Notes: generated from the letters alone by a model not told the origin. A stretch of DNA of 63,401 nucleotides, filler included, from Octopus bimaculoides (GCF_001194135.2; 4 parts of 4 records of this genome joined end to end with filler, not necessarily neighbours in it); one strand, 5' to 3'. Counted from the whole stretch's first letter, positions 35,768 to 49,060 are shown. Made by a program: numbers and translations.

Positions 35768-36758
35768 NNNNNNNNNNNNNNNNNNNNNNNNNNNNNNNNN
35801 NNNNNNNNNNNNNNNNNNNNNNNNNNNNNNNNNNNNNNNNNNNNNNNNNNNNNNNNNNNNNNNNNNNNNNNNNNNNNNNNNNNNNNNNNNNNNNNNNNNN
35901 NNNNNNNNNNNNNNNNNNNNNNNNNNNNNNNNNNNNNNNNNNNNNNNNNNNNNNNNNNNNNNNNNNNNNNNNNNNNNNNNNNNNNNNNNNNNNNNNNNNN
36001 NNNNNNNNNNNNNNNNNNNNNNNNNNNNNNNNNNNNNNNNNNNNNNNNNNNNNNNNNNNNNNNNNNNNNNNNNNNNNNNNNNNNNNNNNNNNNNNNNNNN
36101 NNNNNNNNNNNNNNNNNNNNNNNNNNNNNNNNNNNNNNNNNNNNNNNNNNNNNNNNNNNNNNNNATATATATATGTACATATATATATGCATATATGTAT
36201 ATATATGTACATATATGTGCATGTATGTATGTATGTGCACATGTATGCTTTCTTTTTCTCTTAGATTTAATTTTGACTGGTCACTCGCTTGGTAGCAAGG
36301 CTCTGAAGGAAAACATCGTGTTTTGTTCATCCTTTAAATCTTAAGAATGTCTTGCAGATGTTTACATTTGCGCATATCGAGATTATTTGTAGTTTATGGA
36401 TTAAGCATTTGCGTTCCCCCTTCAAGAACCCAAACTCGGCCATAATTTGCTCCAAATGAGTTGCGATGTATCCTGTTGCTCCAATAATAATAGGTATGAA
36501 GCTGAAAGTGTATCTTGGGCACTGGATTTGTTACCATCTTATCAATGGTACATAGATGTCCTCCTGTATTTTACTAACCATATTGAAATCCGGAGGACAG
36601 CTGATTTTCACAACAGAATATATATTTTGTTTGTAGTCTCAGAAAACGATATCTGGCAGTCTTTTTTTTTTTTATAAAAATTTGGTGGCCGTTTTAATTT
36701 TTAAGTTCTACCATCGGTCTCGATAGTGTCAACTTAATTTTGTCTATTTATGAATATA

Positions 36759-36833
<75 letters not shown>

Positions 36834-37305
36834 GTGTGTGTGTGTGTGTGTGTATGTGTGTGCATGTGTGTGTGTGTGTGTGTGTGTAAGTAAATATGTA
36901 TATATGTCTCTATACGCACATATGTATATATGTATGAATGTATGCATGTATTGATGTATGTATGTTTGTACGTATATTATCATATATGTATATCTATATA
37001 CATATTTGTATACATATGTACGTATATGTGTAAATCAATCCATGTAAGTGGGTTTATGTATGTAGGAATGTGTATATGTATGTTTTGTGAATGTATGATC
37101 TCTGTGCATATGAATGTACATACATGTAAAAGTATGTGTATATATGAACATTCAGATTATTTTTAATATCTCACTAACAAAGAAAGTTTCCATGATAAGA
37201 CAAAGGCCCTTTCTATTTAGACATCAACTAGAGAGGCATGTATTTGCGCTAGCATAGTATTCTTTTCTGTGTGTTTGTCGGTATATTTATATGTATGTCT
37301 ATGTT

Positions 37306-37337
<32 letters not shown>

Positions 37338-37355
37338 ACTATCTATCTATCTATC

Positions 37356-37405
<50 letters not shown>

Positions 37406-37567
37406 CCTATCTATCTGTTTGTTTATCTATTTATCTGTCTGTCTGTCTGACTGTCTGTTTACCCGTCCGTCTGTCTGTTTACCTATGTATGTATGTGTAT
37501 ATGTATGTATTTGTGTATGTATGTGCATATATACATACATACATGCATACATACATACATACAAACA

Positions 37568-37649
<82 letters not shown>

Positions 37650-37929
37650 TAAATTATTTCTATGCATACGTATAGAGAGAGAGAGAGAGAGATAGAGACA
37701 GACAGACAGAGTGAAGGAATGATGTATATACATACATGCATATATGCATATATACATGTATATATATATATATGTATATGCATGTATATGTAGTATTATA
37801 TCTATCTCTATATAAGTTCATCTGTAAGTATGCTTATATATAGTGAGAGGTATAAACTCCCTGTAACGTACAGTTCAATATACACACACATAAACTGACA
37901 TATATATTTGTGTACGAGTGTGTGTGTGA

Positions 37930-37996
<67 letters not shown>

Positions 37997-38585
37997 CATA
38001 CATGCATGTATACATACATACATACATACATACATACATACATACATGCATACATACATACATACATATCGATGTTCGCACTCGAAGACAACAGCGTGCT
38101 AAACAAACCAACATACACACAGACAGACTAATCTCGTCTCCTTCATTTCAAACATGTCAAATGTTCCAGTGAGATGGCAGAAAGTTTCAAAGCAGACGTG
38201 GACTCACTTTAAAACTATCATAAATTACAGCAAACAAGTGAACGTAAGCTTGTTATGTTTGTTTTGTGCTTATACCGTTTCTTATGGCGGAATATTTCAC
38301 CTGTGAAAGAGATACGTGAGGCAATGTATGTTCTCTTCAGATGTATGTTGGAATCTGGTCGAAGAAACACGTGTGTATGTGAGTGTGTGGTGTGGGTGTG
38401 TGTTTGTGTGAACGTGTGTATGTGTGTGTGCATATTAGCGTGTGTGTATTCACGTATAGGTGTTTGTGCGAATATATGCAAATATATACCAGCATATACA
38501 TACACACGCACACGCACACACACACACACACACATACACACACACATACACACACACATACACACACACATACACACGCACACAT

Positions 38586-38624
<39 letters not shown>

Positions 38625-39663
38625 CAAATATATACCCACAAATGCATATTAATATATATATGTATATTGTATGTATTAATATATATATGTAAACGTACAT
38701 ATATATATATATGTGTGTATGTATGTATGTATGTATGTATGTATGTATATATATATNNNNNNNNNNNNNNNNNNNNNNNNNNNNNNNNNNNNNNNNNNNN
38801 NNNNNNNNNNNNNNNNNNNNNNNNNNNNNNNNNNNNNNNNNNNNNNNNNNNNNNNNNNNNNNNNNNNNNNNNNNNNNNNNNNNNNNNNNNNNNNNNNNNN
38901 NNNNNNNNNNNNNNNNNNNNNNNNNNNNNNNNNNNNNNNNNNNNNNNNNNNNNNNNNNNNNNNNNNNNNNNNNNNNNNNNNNNNNNNNNNNNNNNNNNNN
39001 NNNNNNNNNNNNNNNNNNNNNNNNNNNNNNNNNNNNNNNNNNNNNNNNNNNNNNNNNNNNNNNNNNNNNNNNNNNNNNNNNNNNNNNNNNNNNNNNNNNN
39101 NNNNNNNNNNNNNNNNNNNNNNNNNNNNNNNNNNNNNNNNNNNNNNNNNNNNNNNNNNNNNNNNNNNNNNNNNNNNNNNNNNNNNNNNNNNNNNNNNNNN
39201 NNNNNNNNNNNNNNNNNNNNNNNNNNNNNNNNNNNNNNNNNNNNNNNNNNNNNNNNNNNNNNNNNNNNNNNNNNNNNNNNNNNNNNNNNNNNNNNNNNNN
39301 NNNNNNNTATATAAACATTTACATGTACAGACACGTATTTATTTATAAATCAATGCTTACATATGTACGAATAATTATATACACACACAAACCACATTCA
39401 TACACACAGATATACGCATATATGTCGACTGATAAGTTGGACGTTGATATAATTCACAGTACATCCATCTATCTCTGTATCTATCGGTCCGTCTGTTTGT
39501 CTGCCTGTCTGTCTATACGTACGTATGTATATAAATATACAAACACATATAAGCGCATATAATCACACACGCGCGCGCACATTCACACACACACACACAC
39601 ACACAGACACACACACACAAACATGCACTCATATATATATGTATAGATGCGATGGTGTTGATA

Positions 39664-39791
39664 TGTGTTAAGAAGCTTGCTTCCGAACCACATGAATCCG
39701 GTTCAGTCCCTCTGTGTGGTACCTTGGTCTTCTATAGGCACGGATCGTGTGCTTGTGAGTGGATTTGGTAGATGGTAGCCGGAAAAAGCTC

Positions 39792-39795
<4 letters not shown>
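39664..39795 (+). mobile_element. SINE family A, 5' half
   Basis: AAGAAGCTTGCTTCCGAACCACATGAATCCGGTTCAGTCCC..GGATTTGGTAGATGG. Confidence 0.8.
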
Positions 39796-39832
<37 letters not shown>

Positions 39833-40006
39833 GAAGTATGGACATATATATATATATATATATATACATACATGCATACATACATACATATATATATATA
39901 TATGTATACATACATACATACATAGATATATATATATATGGATATGTATGTGCTTCGGTTTTGGATTTGGTGTGCGAGATTCTTTATGTGAGTTTGTGTG
40001 TTGATG

Positions 40007-40253
40007 CATATTCCGTTGTGTCTGGGGAGAGTCATTCCCTTTTAGTGCCTTATTATTTAACACACTCACCGGTAAATTTTCAACTTATTTATTTTTCCTA
40101 AATTTTTTGCAACCTTCTCAATAGTCGTTGAATCAATTGCAACGATAATCTTAGGAAAAATAAATAAGGAAATGAGTGGGAATTTTACCGGCGAGTGTGT
40201 TAAATCATAAGGCACTTAAAGAGAATGACTTTCCCCAAACACAACAGCATATG
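40007..40253. mobile_element. About 250-bp foldback element with about 100-bp arms
   Basis: GTTGTGTCTGGGGAGAGTCATTCCC..AGTGCCTTATTATTTAACACACTCACCGGTAAA has its inverted partner at 40150-40253. Confidence 0.85.
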
Positions 40254-40257
40254 TGTG

Positions 40258-40310
<53 letters not shown>

Positions 40311-40746
40311 TGTATATGTACACATGTATATATATATACGCATATACGCTCCCGCTTATACGCATATGCACTTATGCATATATCATTATATACAGTTGTT
40401 TACTGACACATAATCATATGTATATATATACGTACATGCCCTTCATCCATCCATCCATCCATCCAAATACTATATACACGTTGAATTATTTAACTTCCCT
40501 CGTACACGTAAACGCTGTTAACATCTCGTTAAAAGAAATAAACCCAATTTTATGAAGAGAATTCAAGCAGTAAAAATATCGGATAAACTTTGCAACTGCC
40601 CAAGGAATATTTTATATAGCCGAGCAATAGAAATATAACCAAGTGGCTAAGCGTGGAAAAATTTGAATTTTATGATTGAAAACTTCTTGTTGTTGTTGTT
40701 CTTGTTGCTGTCGTTGTTGTTATTATTATTATTATTGTTATTATTA

Positions 40747-40792
<46 letters not shown>

Positions 40793-41320
40793 GTCACCTA
40801 GTTTATTACATATTTTCGCTTCAGTTCTCCCCCCCCCTCTCTCTCTCTCGCTCTCACTCATGATCTCTCAACATATATACATATGCATGATAAATTTATA
40901 TATATATATATATAACGTATGTATACACCCAACTCTATACAGGAAACACCGCACGTACACGCACACATATACACTTTTTGCATAGAATATACACTGACTA
41001 CATTTTTGTTGCTTGTGTGCATCGCTAGAGAGGTCAGATATCTATCTATCTATTTATCTATCTATCTATCTACATGTCTATATATATACGTATGTATGTA
41101 TGTCTACATATGTATGTAGATATTCATGTGCAACCATATATCTAATTGGTGTATACATAAGTGTAGATACATGCATGCACTCACACACGGCCTCGCGCTC
41201 GAACACACACGCGCGCGCACGTAAGCACGCACATACACGACACAGACACACACATAAACACACACACACGCGCGCACACACACACGCGCGCACACACACG
41301 CGCGCACACACACGCGCACA

Positions 41321-41361
<41 letters not shown>

Positions 41362-41619
41362 ACACATATATATTTATAATTCATATTATTCTTGGACGCT
41401 ACTAGAGGTGCCTTTTCTTATGAACGATACATCCAGGGGAAAAATTTATTTCCCGGAGTAAAATAAGAAATAAAATGCAAGGATTTCATGTGCGTGTATA
41501 TAAATCTATATATATATTTGTTTATGTGTACATACATATGCAAACACACATACAAACGCACGCACACGCACGCACACGCACACACACTCACATATTTATC
41601 ATGTATATACATATTTATC

Positions 41620-41654
<35 letters not shown>

Positions 41655-41717
41655 GATTTTTTCCTCCGTCTTCNNNNNNNNNNNNNNNNNNNNNNNNNNN
41701 NNNNNNNNNNNNNNNNN

Positions 41718-41729
41718 TTAATTAATTAA
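41718..41729. other. Artificial scaffold linker TTAATTAATTAA
   Basis: 44 N on each side. Confidence 0.9.
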
Positions 41730-41775
41730 NNNNNNNNNNNNNNNNNNNNNNNNNNNNNNNNNNNNNNNNNNNNCA

Positions 41776-43350
41776 GTTACTTCAAAATCTCCAGTTAAAA
41801 AAGCAGTTGCCACAAAATCGCCCATAAAGCCAGCAGTTGCTTCAAAAACTCCAAGAAAAGCAGCAGCCTCAGACTCGTCTTCTGATTCAGACAGTGATTC
41901 TTCTGATGAGCCAAAGAAAACAGCAGTTACTTCAAAATCTCCAGTTAAAAAAGCAGTTGCCACAAAATCGCCCATAAAGCTAGCAGTTGCTTCAAAAACT
42001 CCAGGAAAAGCAGCAGCCTCAGACTCGTCTTCTGACTCAGACAGTGATTCCTCAGAAGATGAACCAAAGAAAACAACACAAAAGCCTCCTGCTAAAGCTG
42101 GAGTCGCTTCAAAATCCCCAGCTAAAACTGGTCTCTCTACAAAAGCAACAACAGCTGATTCCTCATCTTCTGACTCGGACACTGATTCCTCGTCAGAAGA
42201 TGAGCCAAAGGAAACTGTAATAAAGCCCAGTGCAAAAACAGTGCCCACTTCAAAATCGCCTGTAAAAGCAGCAGTTGCTTCAAAAGTCTCAACTACTGCA
42301 GCTTCATCAGACTCTTCGTCTTCTGACTCAGACAGTGATTCTTCAGAGGACAACAAACCCAAGAAAGCTCCAGTGTCCCAGACTGTCAAGCTTTCGCTAA
42401 AGAGTAAGCCCATGGCTGCTAAAGCAGCATCTTCTACATCCCTTGGCCCTTCATCTGAAGATGAAGCTACCACAAAAGTAGGTGCTGTAAAATCTCCCTT
42501 TGCCTCTAGGTTGCCAGTTGCTTCAAAGTCCTCTACGTCTACAACTTCTAAATGTGAAAGAAACTGTTCAGAAACAGATTCTTACAGTAAATCAAGCAGT
42601 TCAGATGTTAGTTCTTCAGTAGTTGAAGTAGTAGCAAAAAATGTTCCAAACCGAAATCTTCCTGTTAGTGCTATTTCTTCTCGCACCTCAAAATCTCTTC
42701 AAAATAAAATAACATCTAAGCACAAAGGTTTGTCGAATGAGCCAAGCAACTCAATATCAGTTTCTTCTGAAACAATTTCCAGTTCTGGTGAGGATGATAA
42801 CTACATTCCTGTAAGTCAGAAACACACTCCGGTGTCAGTGCTTAAAACTTTGACCAATTCGGAAAATAAAATGTTGGCACAAAAGAAAAAACTGCGTAAA
42901 AATAGTTTAGGAAATACTAATGATATATCTATCAAAACTCTATTATTTCAATCCACTCCTATATCTAAGAATGCCAACGTGCAAAGCAGCAACTCAGACA
43001 GTAATTCTAGTTCAGAGGAAGATTCTAAAAAATGTTCACTTAGTAAAAACATATCCAGTCAGCTTAAGAAAGCTTCAACGATGCAAAATGGTAATATTAG
43101 TTCTGGAAATAGTAATTCTTCTGAGATAACAATTGTTGAGGATTCTCAAATTTCATTGGAGACATCTGGGTTAGCAAGTAAGAAGGATTCTTCTAGCAGT
43201 AGTGTTGATTCTGATTCTTCATCGAACAATGATCCCATTCCACCATCTCAAACCCCAAATGCCATACTACAGCTGAGTAATGGCATGTTGCAACAGAATA
43301 CTCCATCAGTGACCCCTGTGTCTCAAAAAAAAACACCTGTTAACAGTATG
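41776..43350 (+). CDS. NOLC1: Nopp140 central exon (5' end in gap): alternating K/A/P-rich and S/D/E-rich repeats, then an S/N-rich region
   Basis: Stop-free frame from 41776 (VTSKSPVKKAVATKSP..SDSSSDSDSDSSDEPKK repeats). Phase-0 donor GTAGGT at 43351 is compatible with the next exon. The exon end is inferred. Confidence 0.85.
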
Positions 43351-43664
43351 GTAGGTATTTAGATTATTATTTTTCTTTCCGAGTTAGTTTAAGCGCAGCA
43401 GGTGTTGTAACAAATAGACCTTCCCTTGATGGATGTGTATAGGAATAATTGAATAGTTTAGTGGGGTTAGTGGTTGGAGCAAAAATGTTGGAAAGGCAAG
43501 ATTAAATGGATTAGTATTCTGCAGTGGGTCTGTGATGAATGTCACTGGGTAAATGTGCTACAAAGTAGTGACAGTATACATACAGTTAGGTTGTTATAGC
43601 TTTCTCCCTCAAAACAGCTGAACTGTGGAATAAACTCTCTACCTGTTGTATTACCTTTATTTCC

Positions 43665-44098
43665 TTAATCCTTTTGCATTTAAGTTACTTTGTCAAATGT
43701 AATGCTTGTTTGTTCACCTTGTTTAGAATTAATTCCACATTATCGTATAGCTTTAACATTTCAATGATGTGATTGTTTAAAAATAAACAATGATACTCCA
43801 GAGTTGGTGTGAGAGGCTGGATCTAGTCCGTTTGACTAGAATATTTGGGCCTGGTATCGTCTGTTTAAATACTAAACCATTAAATTAACTCCTATAGCAT
43901 TCAGATTACTGTCAAATGTAGTGCTTATTCATACACTGTTTCATACCAACAGTAGAATATCTTGTAGCTTTGAGATTTTGATGAGCTAACTTAATTTTTA
44001 GAATGATATTGTAGAGTTAGTGTAAAAGGCCAGATTTAACCAGTTTGAACAAGTAGAATATTTGGGCTTAAATATGGCCAGTTTGAATGCTTAAAAGT
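43665..44098 (+). mobile_element. Two tandem piggyBac-type MITE copies (about 220 bp each)
   Basis: Start TTAATCCTTTTGCATT and TTAACTCCTATAGCATT; shared internal TAGAATATTTGGGC; related to 45553 and 59799. Confidence 0.7.
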
Positions 44099-44361
44099 AC
44101 CATATTTAAAAAAATGTACTGGGGTTGATTTGTACAACTAAAGCTCTTCAATGTGTGCTCCAGCATGGTCACTGTCTAATAACTGAAACAAGTAAAAGGT
44201 AAAAAGTTGTGTATGTGTACATGACAGGTGGGGTTGTGGCCCTGGTGCCACTCTCCTGTTTCCAGTAACACTTTACTCAAAATCACCAAGAGGCCTTTTC
44301 TAGTTAAAGAAAAATGTAATTAATTTGTGACAAGCTACTACAATCAGGGCTTGGTTATATA

Positions 44362-44715
44362 TCATCATCATCATCATCATCATTTAACGTCCGCTTTCCA
44401 TGCTAGCATGGGTTGAACAATTTGACTTGAGGACTGGCGAACTGGGTGGCTGCACCAGATGGCAGAGTTTCTACAGCTGGGTGCCCTTCCTAACGCCAAC
44501 CACTCCGAGAGTGTAGCGAGTGCTTTTATGTGCCACCGACACAAGGGCCAGTCAGGCGGTACTGGCAACGGCCACGCTCAAATGGTGTTTTTTATGTGCC
44601 ACCTGCACAGGAGTCAGTCCAGCGGCACTGGCAACAACCTCGCTGGAATGTTTTGATCACGTGCCAGTAAGGCGATGCTGGTAACGATCACGCTCAAATG
44701 GCGCTTTTTACGTGC
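44362..44715 (-). mobile_element. SINE family C with (GAT)n tail
   Basis: (CAT)n TTTAACGTCCGCTTTCCATGCTAGCATGGG..GCCCTTCCTAACGCCAACCACTCC; several copies in the window. Confidence 0.85.
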
Positions 44716-45289
44716 ATATATATATTTATATACTGTACATATATTGTCACGACACTCAGTACACATGCCTACCATCTCATTGCTCATGGGGTTATCATTT
44801 TTAAATACTATTTAACATAAGTGATATGTATATTATCACAGAGATATACAGCATGTGTTTCTGTTATTGTCAGTAATTAATTATTCAAGACTAAAGTATA
44901 TCTGAGTCGGCGGCAGTTGTAAGAAGTTTCAGAGACTGTTGTACCTAATCTTTGCTATGATATTTAATTATGAGTTGGCTGTGTTAGTAGGTTTGTTGCC
45001 TTGTGTAGTGTGTGTGTTTGTGCTGATGAATGAAACTACTTTGGGGTATTGTATGCTATGAGGTGTTGGGGTTGGAAACAAAACATCCTGTATGTGCATG
45101 GAATGTATTTGGTGTTTTAAATGCTTAAGACTGTTTTGTGTTGCCAGTTGGTAATTGTCATAAACATAGTATGTTTATTAGTTGTACAGTGGTGGTCATC
45201 TCATTGAAATTTTCATCTCTTTCTATATAGGACAAAGTGTATAACTTTCTTCGATTAATAAACTTAAGTAAAATCGCTGTTGTCCTTAC

Positions 45290-45510
45290 ATGCCAGTGTC
45301 ACATAAAATGCACTCGTGCCAGTGTTGCATAAGTGCACCTGTGCTGTGGCACATAAAAAGCACCCAGAACACTCTGTAAAGTGATTGGGGTTAGGATGTG
45401 CATCCAGCCATAGTAACCATGCTACAATAGACAGTTAGTCTGAACAGCTGGCCAGCTATTCTCAAACCGTCCAAGCCTATTCCAGCATGGAAAATGAACG
45501 TTAAACAATG
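45290..45510 (+). mobile_element. SINE family C, diverged
   Basis: GGCACATAAAAAGCACCC..GTTAGGATGTGCATCCAGCC..CAGCATGGAAAATGAACGTTAAA. Confidence 0.75.
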
Positions 45511-45552
45511 AAGAGAAAAAGAACATGAGTTGATTGAAGGAGTGATCTAAAA

Positions 45553-45760
45553 TGAACTTTAGCATTTAAGCTGACCATATCCAGCCCAAATATTCTACTC
45601 GTTTTATGTTCAAGCTGGCCAGATCTGGTCTCTCATAGCTACCATACAATGTCATTCTAAAAATAAACAATCGGATCATTGAAATCTTGAAGATATGAGA
45701 TTATGCATGATTAATTCAAAACAATGTGAATAGATAAGCAATCTGAATACTAAGGATTAA
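45553..45760 (-). mobile_element. piggyBac-type MITE copy
   Basis: Reverse of the 43665 family; ends ACTAAGGATTAA. Confidence 0.7.
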
Positions 45761-46663
45761 GAAACTGACCAGCTTCCAGGCCATGTTGTTGTGACAGTGG
45801 ACAGGCAGCTTTTTGCTAAATGTTCCAAGGAAGACATTTGTTTAATAATGCATTCCTAATGTTAATAGCACCTAGATTAGCTTTCTCTAACATAACTGAG
45901 AATAAGAACCCCTTATTTTCTGAAGTAAAAGGAGTCTCTGGCAGTGAGCTTTCATTTGTGGTTACTATGGTGGCAAAAAAAGAGGGTTCTATTTCTCTTC
46001 TCCACACCTGATTTCAAATACAGTTGATTTTATGAAATTCTAAATGCAGGTATATACTGCTGTGTTCTTAATCTCTAAACTTTAACTTGTTGGCCTTTGT
46101 ATAAAGCAGTTTGGCTTTCTGGTATGGAAACGGCTTTCATTCAGAGAATGACCATTATTTTAGGGCTTGTGTGGCATATATAATATGCTTAGGACAATGT
46201 TTGCTTGTCTCATTCATATGTTGAACCTTTAATTTAGAAAAGGTTGTTCTATGGAGACTGTCAACCATTATAGGTTTTGGCCTATAATCTCAATAACTTG
46301 CTGAATTCTGTTGCAATGAAGAAATCTTGACTTTCTGAACTGCTATGACTGTTCTCCAAGGGAGTCAGCTTAGCAATCCTATCTCCGTGACGTAGTCAAA
46401 TTTGAAGGCCTGTAGTATAAGCGGGGCATAATGTGTATACTTAAGATTGTCTTGGCTTTACATTTCCGTGATTTTTGTACTGTACTGCAGGGCACCTACA
46501 TATTGGTATATTTGCAAGTGGAATGTTGAAGCAACTGGATTTGTATTAATAAATAACCATCTAATTTCCACCAGTAGAAATATTTAATTCTGTTACAAAA
46601 TTAAAAAATTCTGCGCATTTAGTTTATTTCTTCCATTAATTTTGATTATCTTCAAATTTTCAG

Positions 46664-46747
46664 CATAAATCAACTCCTTTCCGACGAGTGGTATCTGAGA
46701 ATATACAAATTGATCCTAGACTTCGAGACAATTCCTTTGAAGCAAAG
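46664..46747 (+). CDS. NOLC1: Nopp140 penultimate exon (SRP40_C first part)
   Basis: TTTTCAG|HKSTPFRRVVSENIQIDPRLRDNSFEAK|GTGAGT; matches the PFRRV..DNSF.AK motif. Confidence 0.95.
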
Positions 46748-47271
46748 GTGAGTGGTGTTTAATTTAGCTTCTTTTTTTTTTTTTTTTTTTTTTTTTCTTT
46801 CTCAGACAAAACTTTGAGCTGGTTGGTTCAATTGGTGCAAATTGTGTGGGGGGGAGGAGAGGAGGTGGAGGTAGTTGCCAACAGTAAAAGAAACTAACAA
46901 AGTGATGTCCCTTGAATATACGTTGCCACCTTCTGTTAAAGCATCTCTTCCTTGCTGCAAGAGCTTTGATTTCAGCATTGTATGCTGGTGAAACAATCTT
47001 TAATTATGTCTCAGCCAATAATTAGAAAGAACTGCTTGCCTCATTATTTTAACCTGAAGGCAGGTCACTGGCTCCATTAGAATGTTGGTCGTTTCTGTAT
47101 AATTCTTGTAACACACCCAATAGCATCAGATGTTGGGAACTGAGTAATTAGATAACTGCTGATGTGATAGAGGAAATCTTCAAAGTGTGAGCAATTGTTT
47201 GAATATCTCTGGAGATGTTGGTTTTAAACAAGTGTTGCTGAAGAATTGTGAACATTCTTCATGTCAGCAAA

Positions 47272-47555
47272 TCATCATCATCGTTTAACGTCCGCTTTCC
47301 ATGCTAGCATGGGTTGGACGATTTGACTGAGGTCTGGCAAGCCAGAAGGTTGCACCAGGCTCCAATCTGATCTGGCAGTTTCTACAGCTGGATGCCTTTC
47401 CTAACGCCAACCACTCCGAGAGTGTAGTGGGTGCTTTTACATGCCACTGGCACAAGGGCCAGTCAAACAGTACTGGCAACGGCCGCGCTCAAAAAGGTGT
47501 TTTATACATGCCACCTGCATGCGAGCCAGTCCAGTGGCACTGGCAACGACCTCAC
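47272..47555 (-). mobile_element. SINE family C
   Basis: Near-identical start to the 44362 copy. Confidence 0.85.
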
Positions 47556-47731
47556 TCGAGAGATTAGGGGTAAAAATATCCTCTTAGATAATTATAATAA
47601 TAACGATGATGATGATGTCAGGCAGAATGTCTAACTGTTCTGAGGTCAGTTGTCAGCAGGGAACAACTTGACCTTTTGTCCTTCTAGATTCAATTCAATC
47701 TTGTTCTATTATTATTATTATTATTATTGAC

Positions 47732-47895
47732 AAGGCAGTGAGCTGGCAGAATCGTTAGCATGCTGGGCAGAATGCTTAGCGGCATTTCATCTGCCTTTGT
47801 GTTCTGAGCTCAAATTCTGCCATGGTCAACTTTGCCTTTTATCCTATAGGGGTCAATGTAATCAACTAGCCCCCTCCCCCAATATTATGGCTACA
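47732..47895 (+). mobile_element. SINE family B (tRNA head, Deu/Nin-like core), internally deleted
   Basis: GGCAGTGAGCTGGCAGAATCGTTAGC..GTCAACTTTGCCTTTTATCC; preceded by (ATT)n. Confidence 0.8.
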
Positions 47896-47950
47896 TCTAA
47901 ATTATATGAATCTGAATTTCCTGCTTTTTTTTTTCTTTTTCTTCTTCCAG

Positions 47951-48103
47951 AAAGGTGCCTCTGGATCCTGGGGAGCAAAAGCCAATGACAAACTGAAATT
48001 CACTCGTGGTAAAGGTTTCCGCCAACAAAAGACCAAGAACAAACGGGGTAGTTACAAAGGTGGCCAAATTGACCTGAGTGTCAATTCTATAAAATTTGAC
48101 TAG
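47951..48103 (+). CDS. NOLC1: Nopp140 last exon (SRP40_C)
   Basis: Pyrimidine tract CTTCCAG|KGASGSWGAKANDKLKFTRGKGFRQQKTKNKRGSYKGGQIDLSVNSIKFD*. Confidence 0.95.
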   Translation, partial: KGASGSWGAKANDKLKFTRGKGFRQQKTKNKRGSYKGGQIDLSVNSIKFD

Positions 48104-48292
48104 TGATATTTATCCAAAATTCATCTGAGACTATTTTCAATCAGACAGTTTCTTCCATAATCACCAATGGTGGCTTATTGTGAATTTGTTCCAAATCCAT
48201 GTCTCCCAGTAATTCTTAGATCATCCTCATTTCACTGCTGTCACCACAACCGTTATCACTTCCATAATATTCCTGAACTTGCTTTTATTTTT

Positions 48293-48298
48293 AATAAA
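48293..48298 (+). terminator. Candidate polyadenylation signal of NOLC1
   Basis: First AATAAA seen after the stop, 190 nt downstream. Confidence 0.5.
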
Positions 48299-48361
48299 CA
48301 ATCTCTTGGTAATTACTACTTTATCTGTTTTTTGTTGTTGTTGTTATTGAGTTCAGTGAAG

Positions 48362-48670
48362 GTGCATGGTTTAGTGATTGGGTATTTCAGTTCATGATTG
48401 TTAAGGTGCTGAGTTCAATTCCTGGCAGTGCATTGTGTCTTTGAGCAAGACACTTTATTTCACATTGCTCCAGTCCACTCAGCTGGTAAAAATGTGTAAT
48501 ACCTGTATTTCAAAGGATCAGCTTTGTCACATTCTGTGTCCTGCTGAATCTTCCTGAGAACTTCATTAAGGGTATGCATGTCTGTGGAGTGCTCAGCCAC
48601 TTGCATGTTAATTTCAAGAGCAGGCTGTTCCATTGAGTGGATCAACTGGAACCCTCGTTGTCATCATCTA
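48362..48670 (+). mobile_element. tRNA-derived SINE, family D
   Basis: A-box TGGTTTAGTG, B-box GAGTTCAATTCC, then GTGTCTTTGAGCAAGACACTTT core; single copy here. Confidence 0.65.
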
Positions 48671-48864
48671 CAGAGTACCAGTTATTATTATTGTGTTTAG
48701 TGTTGTAGATTTGAAGAATTTTTCAGCAAATTTAAGAGTTTAGTATTATTTTAATTATGTACATTGCAAGCTCTTATAGGCCCATGTTGGCTCTAACTGA
48801 TGGGGTTTGTGACATTTTAATTGTGACCAGTCATATCGTCCACTGTGTCATTACATAGATTTAT

Positions 48865-49030
48865 ATTTTACTTGTTTCATGCACTCGACTTCAAGAATGC
48901 TTAGTCACTGCCTTGAAGGATTTAGTTGAACAAATTGACCCCAGTGTTTATTTTTGTCTTGCAGAACCACTAAATTATAGGAATATAAACAACCTAACAC
49001 TGGTTGTCTAGCTTATGGTCAGGACAAAAA
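48865..49030 (-). mobile_element. SINE family A, diverged 3' fragment
   Basis: CACTGCCTTGAAGGATTTAGTTGAACAAATTGACCCCAG..AGAACCACTAAATTATAGG. Confidence 0.65.
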
Positions 49031-49060
49031 CAAAAACACACACACGTATATATGTATATA

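Larger units (their letters stand above)
36760..41650. repeat. Microsatellite-dominated region (GT, TA, TATC, TACA, CA, ATT)
   Basis: Directly visible; source of the YI/HT/CV ORFs. Confidence 0.95.

Noticed and set aside
38154-38243. Possible exon [30 protein letters not shown] followed by GTAAGC
   Set aside because: Short, no recognisable family and no linked exons.
41718-42473. 251-aa minus-strand ORF
   Set aside because: Antisense shadow of the Nopp140 repeat exon.
43535-43621. GTGATGA..CTGA box C/D snoRNA candidate in a NOLC1 intron
   Set aside because: Weak terminal stem, only a 7-nt match to rRNA recalled from memory, and far from the 3' splice site; a snoScan run would be needed.
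46807-46887. GGRRGGGGS frame suggesting an RGG isoform
   Set aside because: Out of frame with the phase-0 donors; the in-frame read is TKL*.
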